DNA of 64,000 nucleotides from Clostridia bacterium. GTDB taxonomy: Bacteria > Bacillota > Clostridia > Christensenellales > UBA3700. Below, piece after piece: positions 42,931 through 50,587 of this stretch. How positions within the stretch are numbered: the first letter of the stretch is position 1; each line of letters starts with the position of its first letter. Below the pieces are notes generated by a model that was not told the origin of the DNA, searched no databases, and saw only the letters and a program-made list of their open reading frames with translations. The translations under genes were made by a program, and so were the position numbers. Location: NCBI GenBank assembly GCA_029068165.1, contig JAIEDA010000018.1:3076-67075 (forward strand), written 5' to 3'.

Positions 42931-44328
42931 TTATTTATAATCTTCCCAATCGAAAGAGTATATGCTGTTGAATCTGTCAGCCAAATAGTTGGCTACCGGC
43001 TTATAATTTTCGAAAGTATCGTATTCGCTAAGGTTGAGTTTGTAGTCGGTGGAAACTTTCTTCTTCGTGAAGATTTCGTTTTGTCCGAGTTCAGGCCAGT
43101 AGAGAGCTACGTACTTCAAAGGATCGCAGTCGTCGTTGTCGTAGCTGAACGCGTAGGTTATTCTATTCGAAGCCGAACCGCCTTCTTTACAGTCGCCCGT
43201 AAGAACGGTAAGTTTACACGATTCGTTGGACTCCAAAGTATCCATTTTTTGGATAGATTTGATAAGACCGCTTCCGTATACTTCAATCGTAGCAGTGGAC
43301 TTAGTGTACTTAGCGTTGGTAAGTTCAATATAGTTCTTCGTATCTTTTACGAGAGCTCCCATTGTGAAGTCGCTTGCCAAGTCGGCGTATTCGTCGAGAA
43401 GAGTAATACTGATAGTATACAAATTAAGGTTTGCATCGTAATCGATAGTCGTAAGATTTTGGTCGAAATACTTAGGATTGCTGAAGTCGCTGGTAGCCCA
43501 ACCTGTGCCGTACGTACCTTGATAGTAGGTAGTGTTGGCTACAACGTCTTGGGCAGTTTCCAATCTATCTAGTTGCGACCAAGCGTATTTTCTTTCGGAT
43601 ACGAACTCATCCTCGTCGGGAGTTTCTTCGTCGCTATTTTCGGATAGGTTCATCTTGCTAATCTTCATATCCGTAAGGTCGGGGTTGTGAGCGCCCATTA
43701 TGTATTTGAGCACGTCCTTATTGTCTTCGCCGTAGAACTCAGCGCCTGGGGTGAAGCCTGATTTGGAAGCGCCGATATTTTCGTCGTGATATTCGGCAGT
43801 GTTCCAACCGAAGTTGCTTCTCAAGCTTTCGCCGAGCGAGCCAAGACCGCCTAGCATCGTAACGCCAGAGATAGTTTGCGTATAGCTTGCATTGCCTTTA
43901 TTGAATATCGAGTACGTGCTTCTTACGCCTACGTTTGCGGTAATGCCTGCGAGAATAGAGCAGTTTTTAGCGACTATCGAAGCGTCGGTCATAATCAGCA
44001 TAGCCGAGCGGGATACGTTGCTGTAGTTGGTAACCGCCAAAGCGTAGATGCCTGCAATAACTTCGTATTTGTTGTTTTCCAAAGTCCAACCTTCGGTTTC
44101 AAGCATCTCTTTGACGCTTACGAGTTTCGTTCCGTTGACCATAAGCGTAGCGAGGTCGGCTTCGTTCGTAACGTCTTTTTGGAAGTTGCCTACAAAGAAG
44201 ACCGACTTAGGCGTAACTCCGACCGAGGGGGAACAGCCTGCCATAGAAACCGTAAGAACGCACGCGACGAGCATAACCGCGATGACGCTTACGATCATCT
44301 TAGCTTTTTTTGTTTTGAAAGATTTCAT
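42931..44328 (-). CDS. hypothetical lipoprotein
   Basis: The signal peptide has lipobox SMAGC (Cys32). 465 aa, Asn/Thr/Ser/Tyr-rich, no recognised domain. SD AAGAGGAG. Confidence 0.7.
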   Translation of the reverse strand: MKSFKTKKAKMIVSVIAVMLVACVLTVSMAGCSPSVGVTPKSVFFVGNFQKDVTNEADLATLMVNGTKLVSVKEMLETEGWTLENNKYEVIAGIYALAVTNYSNVSRSAMLIMTDASIVAKNCSILAGITANVGVRSTYSIFNKGNASYTQTISGVTMLGGLGSLGESLRSNFGWNTAEYHDENIGASKSGFTPGAEFYGEDNKDVLKYIMGAHNPDLTDMKISKMNLSENSDEETPDEDEFVSERKYAWSQLDRLETAQDVVANTTYYQGTYGTGWATSDFSNPKYFDQNLTTIDYDANLNLYTISITLLDEYADLASDFTMGALVKDTKNYIELTNAKYTKSTATIEVYGSGLIKSIQKMDTLESNESCKLTVLTGDCKEGGSASNRITYAFSYDNDDCDPLKYVALYWPELGQNEIFTKKKVSTDYKLNLSEYDTFENYKPVANYLADRFNSIYSFDWEDYK

Positions 44329-44441
44329 AATTTTCTCCTCTTATTTTTTGATATATAATTATTATAATATAAACCAAGCCGTTTGTAAAGGGGATAATCA
44401 AAAAAAGCAAAGCAAGTTTCAGCGAGCGGAACTTTACGCTC

Positions 44442-44470
44442 TTGACACGAATAAATATTAGGCTTATAAT
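44442..44470 (+). promoter_or_regulatory. nagA promoter
   Basis: TTGACA (44442-44447), a 17-nt spacer, then TATAAT (44465-44470). Confidence 0.6.
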
Positions 44471-44516
44471 TTATATGAAATTTAATACAGTAGAAAACTT
44501 TTAAAAGGATCAGGAA

Positions 44517-45677
44517 ATGGTACTTACTGTCACTAATGCAAAAATTTATACGCAAGGCAAGTTTGTTCAAGGCAACTTGACCGTAGACGGCGGCGTAATT
44601 ACCGCAATAGGCAATCAAGTCGAGGGCGAAGTCTTTGACGCAAAAGGAAAGATAGCCGCGGCGGGATTTATAGATATACATACGCATGGCGGTTGGGGCA
44701 AAGACTGTATGGAAGCGAACGTCGATGCTATCGAAACGATTTGCAAATACCATTTATATACGGGTACTACGACTTTCGTTCCCACGACTATGACCGCGAG
44801 CGTAGAAGATATAAACGCAGCCGTGGGGAATATCCGAAAATATAAGAGCAATTACGCCAAAATTGCGGGCGTACATTTGGAAGGACCGTATCTCGCTCAA
44901 AAGAGCGCCGGAGCGCATCCGCCAAAGCTTTTGATTACTCCCGAAGATTGCGATTCGTTCGTTTGGGAAAACGCTGATATAGTAAAGAGAATCACTATCG
45001 CTCCCAATCTCAAGGGCGCGGCAAAATTTTGCGAGAAAGCCGTTAAGGCGGGTATTCAGGTGTCTATGGGACACGACGACAGTATTGACGACGAGATATA
45101 CGCTTGCGCGGAGAATGGCGCCAACAGCGTTACGCATCTATACAACTGTACTTCCCGTCCGTCAAGGCGGAGTACGCCTAAGAAACATCTTGGACTGACC
45201 GAAGTCGGGCTGATAGAAGACGGAATAGTAGCCGAAGTCATAGCCGACGGCAGGCACGTGCCCGATAAGCTGTTTGGGATGATATACAAACTCAAAGGAA
45301 GCAAAGGTATTTGCTTGGTGTCCGATTCTTTAAGCGTTGCGGGAATGAGCGACGGCGATTACTTTATCGGAAGCGGCGAGAGCAAACAGCGCATAAGAAT
45401 AGACGACTCGGTTGCGATATTGCCCGACCTCAATACTTATGCGGGTTCGGTCACTTCCGTAGGCAAAATGGTAGAGAGATTGGTCAAGCTGGGTTATTCT
45501 TTAGCCGAGTGCGTGGATATGTGTACGAAGACCCCCGCTAGACTTTTAAAGCGTAACGATATAGGCGATATAGCCGTAGGAATGGCGGGAGATATAAACC
45601 TATTGGAAGAGGACGGAAGGATAGCCGCGACTATACTCGGCGGAGAAGTAGTAGACAAAAAGTCGCTTGAAATTTAG
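44517..45677 (+). CDS. nagA: N-acetylglucosamine-6-phosphate deacetylase
   Basis: GFIDIHTHGG, HLEGPY, HLYN and an amidohydrolase fold of about 386 aa. Confidence 0.9.
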   Translation: MVLTVTNAKIYTQGKFVQGNLTVDGGVITAIGNQVEGEVFDAKGKIAAAGFIDIHTHGGWGKDCMEANVDAIETICKYHLYTGTTTFVPTTMTASVEDINAAVGNIRKYKSNYAKIAGVHLEGPYLAQKSAGAHPPKLLITPEDCDSFVWENADIVKRITIAPNLKGAAKFCEKAVKAGIQVSMGHDDSIDDEIYACAENGANSVTHLYNCTSRPSRRSTPKKHLGLTEVGLIEDGIVAEVIADGRHVPDKLFGMIYKLKGSKGICLVSDSLSVAGMSDGDYFIGSGESKQRIRIDDSVAILPDLNTYAGSVTSVGKMVERLVKLGYSLAECVDMCTKTPARLLKRNDIGDIAVGMAGDINLLEEDGRIAATILGGEVVDKKSLEI

Positions 45678-45694
45678 ACGTCTTGAGGTGGAGT

Positions 45695-46765
45695 ATGAGC
45701 GAGGATAGGGAAGTTAAAAAGCAAGAAAAGAAAAATAAAAGACTTTTGAAGAAGTGGAAAATAAATACTTCTAAAGTCGCAAAGATTTTATTTGATTTAG
45801 ACGACACTACGAAAAGCTGCGTTACGAATAAATACAAGAGCAGCAACAAGATTTTAACCGACCGCGACGTAGTATACTGCGCCGAAGAGTCGGATATTTG
45901 CAAGTTGGATATTTTCAAGCCCGAGTTGGTCGTCGACGCCAAAATGCCTGTGCTCATCAACGTGCACGGCGGCGGCTGGATAACGGGCGACAAAAAATGG
46001 CGCGTTGCGCAGGGACATTTGTTTGCCGATATGGGTATGACCGTAATAAATATAAATTACGGACTTTGCCCGAAGTATAAATATCACGAGTCGATTAGGC
46101 ACGTTGTCAAAGCTATGCATTGGGTGGAAAACAACGCCGAAGAATACAATTTGGACTTGGACAACGTCTTTTTGATGGGCGATTCCGCAGGCGGTCAAAT
46201 TGCCTGTCTAATATGCGCGGTTTTGCACAATCAAGCGTTTTTGGACAAAATCGGGGAGAAGCGAGTAAATTATCAAATTAAAGGCGCGCTATTGCATTGC
46301 GGAGCTTACGACTTTGAAGATATGCTCCAAAATTCTCTCGCCTACGATATAATCTATGATATGACGGGCAAGCAGCACGACCAAATCGACGACTATGAAT
46401 ATAAAGATATGATGTATACGATACCTTGGATAGACGCGGACTTCCCGCAAAGGGTATTCGTCGCATACGGCAAAAACGACGTGTTTGTCGGCAGACATCA
46501 CTTGCCGCTCTTAGCTCGGTTAAAGGAACTCGGCAAGGACGTCGTCGAATACAAGGGAACTTTCCCAGGTGTACACTGTTTCCACTTATACTATAAGACG
46601 CGCGAGTCTAGAAGAATGTATAGAGCGGAGAAGCAATATCTTATGGAAGTCGTAAGAAACCGTTTTCCAAAAGATATCGAATCTTCCGCTGACGAAAATA
46701 CTGCCGCAACGAACGACGGCGACGCCGTAAAAAGTTTATCCGAAGCGAAAGATAGCCAAGAATAA
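45695..46765 (+). CDS. alpha/beta hydrolase, family IV (HSL-like) esterase
   Basis: HGGGW oxyanion motif and GDSAGG nucleophile elbow. ATG 45695 follows GAGGTG (TTG 45683 also possible). It starts about 18 nt after nagA. Confidence 0.8.
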   Translation: MSEDREVKKQEKKNKRLLKKWKINTSKVAKILFDLDDTTKSCVTNKYKSSNKILTDRDVVYCAEESDICKLDIFKPELVVDAKMPVLINVHGGGWITGDKKWRVAQGHLFADMGMTVININYGLCPKYKYHESIRHVVKAMHWVENNAEEYNLDLDNVFLMGDSAGGQIACLICAVLHNQAFLDKIGEKRVNYQIKGALLHCGAYDFEDMLQNSLAYDIIYDMTGKQHDQIDDYEYKDMMYTIPWIDADFPQRVFVAYGKNDVFVGRHHLPLLARLKELGKDVVEYKGTFPGVHCFHLYYKTRESRRMYRAEKQYLMEVVRNRFPKDIESSADENTAATNDGDAVKSLSEAKDSQE

Positions 46766-46766
46766 A

Positions 46767-47831
46767 TCACTTTAGAGAAATTTTCACTTCAACTTCCAAC
46801 TTGATTTTATCTATATAATCGGGGTCTTTGTACAGTTCGTTTTCGTAGGCGTAGCACCGCTGACCGAGATAGAACACGTCAAGACCTGCCGACTTGCACT
46901 GTTCGTAACATTCGTTGACGTATTCGGTAATCTTGTTGCCCACGTATTTTTTGCACTCTTCGTCGTTGATTTTTCCGGCGACGTAGGTTTTGTTTTTGAC
47001 GGTAGTCTTAATTTGCAGTTTGGCAGTGTCGGCGGTCTTTTCGATTTTAATATCGGCGGATGATTTAACTAAGTTCACTTCACCCATAGACGTTTCGGTA
47101 TCAAAGGGTATAGAGCCGTGTCCGACGCCGTTGTTGAGGACTAGACTAAGTCCGCGCGTCGCCGTTTCGGAGAGTATAACGCCGGTTTTACCGTCGCTTA
47201 TATAGCTTTCCGTAACGTCGAGGTATTTGGAATCGCCCTCTTCTTTGTAAGCTACGCACGGCAAGTATATGCAAGAGCCGATACGGAATTTATTCTTGAA
47301 ATAGTCCTTGATAGTCATAGGTATTACGCCCAAATCGCCGCCTACGTTCCTGAGCATAGTCCCCAAATAATATCCCGCGCCTATGCCGTTGGTCAGCGTG
47401 GGCGAGAGTACGTCTTTAGGGTTGTCCTTTGCGGCGACTACCATAGTGTTGTTGCAAAGGATTTGTCCCTCGAAGAAAAATCTCATAGCTTTGTCGTCGT
47501 CCTGATTTAGCACGTTTTGACCGAGTATCAGCACCATTGCGTGGCACAGGGTAAGAGTATTACCCGTATCGTAATTGAGTTTTTCAATAATATCGCTCAA
47601 GTTGTCGCCTTTTGCAAAGTAGGAAATAAATTCCTGTTTTTCCGTTTCCGTAGTCTTGAGAGCTTGAACTCCCATTTCATACTCGTCGCCGTTTTTGTCG
47701 AGCGAGAGAGCAAGCACTATCGTTTGCGCGTTTATGCTTTTTTGCTCGTTAAGGAAAGAAAATACTACGAGTACCAAAGCGATAACGGTAATTACCAACC
47801 ATTTTTTGTTGATGAATTTAGGCTTTTTCAT
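46767..47831 (-). CDS. Ger(x)C-family spore germination protein (no lipobox Cys)
   Basis: Third gene of a gerA-type operon. ATG 47831 has AAGGAG 7 nt upstream. The N-terminal hydrophobic segment has no L-x-x-C. QTIVLALSLD is reminiscent of the GerxC AIGID region. Confidence 0.7.
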   Translation of the reverse strand: MKKPKFINKKWLVITVIALVLVVFSFLNEQKSINAQTIVLALSLDKNGDEYEMGVQALKTTETEKQEFISYFAKGDNLSDIIEKLNYDTGNTLTLCHAMVLILGQNVLNQDDDKAMRFFFEGQILCNNTMVVAAKDNPKDVLSPTLTNGIGAGYYLGTMLRNVGGDLGVIPMTIKDYFKNKFRIGSCIYLPCVAYKEEGDSKYLDVTESYISDGKTGVILSETATRGLSLVLNNGVGHGSIPFDTETSMGEVNLVKSSADIKIEKTADTAKLQIKTTVKNKTYVAGKINDEECKKYVGNKITEYVNECYEQCKSAGLDVFYLGQRCYAYENELYKDPDYIDKIKLEVEVKISLK

Positions 47832-48942
47832 ACGCTTCTCCTTGAAACTGCATTGAAGATTGAGATTTCTTTCGTTTCTTGTTTTCGCTAATACGCATCG
47901 CAATATACGCGGCTATCGTAACGCCTATCTCAGTGAAGAAAGTAAAGTATCTCAACCAACTCGTGGCTAAGGCGTAATTGGTGTTGAGGTTGCCTATGCC
48001 GAAGACTATTATAGCGTAAACTATGATGCCGCAAACCACGCTGACCCACGCTTTATTGCCGAAGAAAAATTTTGCGCATACCGCCATAGCGTAGAGCAGC
48101 AGCGAGAGTTTGATTACAAACATTATCAGCCAACTTATTACCGTAGGCAAGTCTACCGAGCCTATCATATAGGAAATTTTGTTGAGCGACGATACGTTGA
48201 GGAAAGCGTTGCCGACCAACGCGCCGCTGTCGCCGAATATGCAAATAAAGGCTATCATAAGTCCTACGGTGCAAATAAGCGCTGCGATAATCGCTATTAT
48301 TATCCATATCGCCATAACGCTTTTTTTACGGTTACGCGAAGAGCAAACCGGCATAAACAGCAACGGAGTGAAGTCGCTGAACCACATAAGATATTTATCG
48401 CCAGCTACCGCAAGCTTGGGGGAGATTTTGAACGGCATCAGGTTTATCGTATCAAACTTCGTATCGGAAAATACTCCGTAGAAAATCATTGCGAAAATCA
48501 TTACCCAAAACAAGATTTGCACCGTTCTACCCAACACTTTGCCGCCTTTATGCGCTAAGTAAACGCACGCTATGATTAGCGCGAGCGTAATAAACGACCA
48601 ATTCACGTTGGCGTAGAGCGAAGTAGAAACGTACGCTACGCCCTCGCTGCCCAGCACCGTGCTTTTTATCAGCGACGAGGAAAAGACGAGTATCGCGAAT
48701 ACTCCTTTGAGCCACTTTGGAATATCGAGCTGAAGTATCGAGCCGTTTTTGGTTATTCCGTAGACTACGGCAAGCATCATAATCTCGATAGCAACGAGGA
48801 AGAACATAGTCATATAACTTTGACCGCCCGCTGTTGCGACGAAGTACTGCGGCAGCATAACAACCTTAAAAGTTATGATTGAGATAAACGCCAACAGCAA
48901 AAACTGTTCGTTGTAGATTTTATCGTTGAGTTTGTTTTGCAT
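47818..48942 (-). CDS. spore germination protein, GerAB-type (APC-superfamily permease-like)
   Basis: 374 aa with about 10 TM helices, positioned between the GerAA- and GerAC-like genes. SD AAGGAG. Confidence 0.8.
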   Translation of the reverse strand: MQNKLNDKIYNEQFLLLAFISIITFKVVMLPQYFVATAGGQSYMTMFFLVAIEIMMLAVVYGITKNGSILQLDIPKWLKGVFAILVFSSSLIKSTVLGSEGVAYVSTSLYANVNWSFITLALIIACVYLAHKGGKVLGRTVQILFWVMIFAMIFYGVFSDTKFDTINLMPFKISPKLAVAGDKYLMWFSDFTPLLFMPVCSSRNRKKSVMAIWIIIAIIAALICTVGLMIAFICIFGDSGALVGNAFLNVSSLNKISYMIGSVDLPTVISWLIMFVIKLSLLLYAMAVCAKFFFGNKAWVSVVCGIIVYAIIVFGIGNLNTNYALATSWLRYFTFFTEIGVTIAAYIAMRISENKKRKKSQSSMQFQGEAYEKA

Positions 48943-48945
48943 TTA

Positions 48946-50436
48946 TCACTCCTTAGGTTGATTTTCTTGTTTGCTCTCGTCGGGGAGCATATTCTCGGCG
49001 AGTTGCGAGCGTTGACGGGTACGGTTGGCTGTGGGTATAGAATAGGGTCTTTCGCTCATCTCTTCGATTTGCGCTTTGAGCGGTCCGTCCTTCCAATCGT
49101 GCATAATCGACGGAGCGAACGGGGTCATATACGACACGCCGTAACTGTTGATTGAACACATATATCCGACCAGCGCTATCGAAGCCAACAGTATACCCGC
49201 AAGACCGAGTACGCCGCCTATCGCTACGAAGCCAAGTCGCAGTATATTTGAAGAGTTTATCTCGTCGGGTACGCTGTAAAGTCCTACCGTGGAGATTGCT
49301 ACGATTATTACCGACGACGTGGAGAACAGACCTGCGGTGACGGCTACTTCGCCGAGTATGATTGCGCCCACTACCGAGAGAGCCATACTCACGTATCTAG
49401 GCATACGGATAGACGTTTCGTTGAGTATCTCGAATATCACCAGCACGAGCAGCATTTCCAGCGTGGGCGATAGAGGTATATTCGTGATAGAGCCGAGTAC
49501 GGATACGAGGAATTTTATAGGAAAGAGTTGGTACTGATGTTCTTGCAGCGCCACGTAAATTCCCGGCATCAATATAGAGAAAATTACGGCGAACAGCCTA
49601 ATTATTCTCAACATCGTAGCTCTATAGCTTTTGATATAATAGTCCTCGCTCATTTGGAAGTTTTCATAGAGTAAAAAGGGCAGGGTCAGTACTGACGGCG
49701 AACCGTCGACTATGATAGCTACGCGCCCCTCGAGCATTTTGCCTACTACGGTGTCGGGTTTTTCGCTCGAACCTACTCCCGAGAACAGCGAGAACTTGTT
49801 TTCTTCCAAGTATCTCGCAATATACGACGAATCAATTATACCGTCGATTTGTATGCTTTCAATCTTGCTTTTGATTCTCCCGACGATTTCGCCGTCGGCT
49901 ACGCCGTCAATGAAGCACATAGCGATTTTGGTTTGCGTATACTTACCCACGCTCATAAGGTCAACAGTGAGTTTGGGACTGGCGAGCCGTCTTCGAATCA
50001 GGAACATATTTGTTTTGAGATCTTCTACGAAGCCCTCTCTCGGTCCGCGCAAAACGGTAGACACGGGCGGTTCGGCGATAGCTCTTTGCGTATATTTTTT
50101 CTCGCTGTATCGGAAAAAGCTGTCGCTGCCGTCGACGAGTAAAACTATCTCGCCAGCGGCAATTTCGGCAATGGCTTTGTTGGCGTCCTCAAGCTCTTCG
50201 ATAGGAGTAGTAAACATAGTGTTGGCTTTGAGAATTTCCAAAGTAACCTTGTCGACGTTTTGAACTTGCTTAAGAGGCTTGAGCATATTGTCCTCGAAAA
50301 GCAAAGTGTCAATATATCCGTCGATAAAGAAAAAGCAAGCGTTTTTGCCTGATATTTGCAACTCTATAGTCCGCAAATCGCAGGTGTTGCAAAACTCATT
50401 GTTTATTTGATCGTATACTTCTTGATAGTTTAGCAT
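48946..50436 (-). CDS. spore germination protein, GerAA-type
   Basis: 496 aa with RAIAEPP...VLRGPREGFVE...N..LIRRRL and a C-terminal cluster of 4-5 TM segments, typical of the GerA family. Confidence 0.9.
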   Translation of the reverse strand: MLNYQEVYDQINNEFCNTCDLRTIELQISGKNACFFFIDGYIDTLLFEDNMLKPLKQVQNVDKVTLEILKANTMFTTPIEELEDANKAIAEIAAGEIVLLVDGSDSFFRYSEKKYTQRAIAEPPVSTVLRGPREGFVEDLKTNMFLIRRRLASPKLTVDLMSVGKYTQTKIAMCFIDGVADGEIVGRIKSKIESIQIDGIIDSSYIARYLEENKFSLFSGVGSSEKPDTVVGKMLEGRVAIIVDGSPSVLTLPFLLYENFQMSEDYYIKSYRATMLRIIRLFAVIFSILMPGIYVALQEHQYQLFPIKFLVSVLGSITNIPLSPTLEMLLVLVIFEILNETSIRMPRYVSMALSVVGAIILGEVAVTAGLFSTSSVIIVAISTVGLYSVPDEINSSNILRLGFVAIGGVLGLAGILLASIALVGYMCSINSYGVSYMTPFAPSIMHDWKDGPLKAQIEEMSERPYSIPTANRTRQRSQLAENMLPDESKQENQPKE

Positions 50437-50537
50437 ATTAGAGTTATTGCAAACTTTAAAGTTTTTATACGTATTCGATTGTATTAGGCTGACAAAATTA
50501 TGATTATGATCAAATACAAAAGAAGGTTTTTATAATG

Positions 50538-50571
50538 AAAAAGGACGCGTAAAACTTACGCGTCCTTTTTT
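50538..50571 (-). terminator. intrinsic terminator after the GH38 gene (bidirectional shape)
   Basis: AAAAAGGACGCGTAA-aact-TTACGCGTCCTTTTTT. Confidence 0.85.
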
Positions 50572-50587
50572 AAGTTTGTTGTTTTGT

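Noticed and set aside
50437-50537. Forespore (sigma-G/F type) promoter for the gerA-like operon
   Set aside because: GAATA and GTATA -35-like pentamers are present. However, no convincing CATnnTA-type -10 sits at the right spacing, so I cannot support a call by eye.
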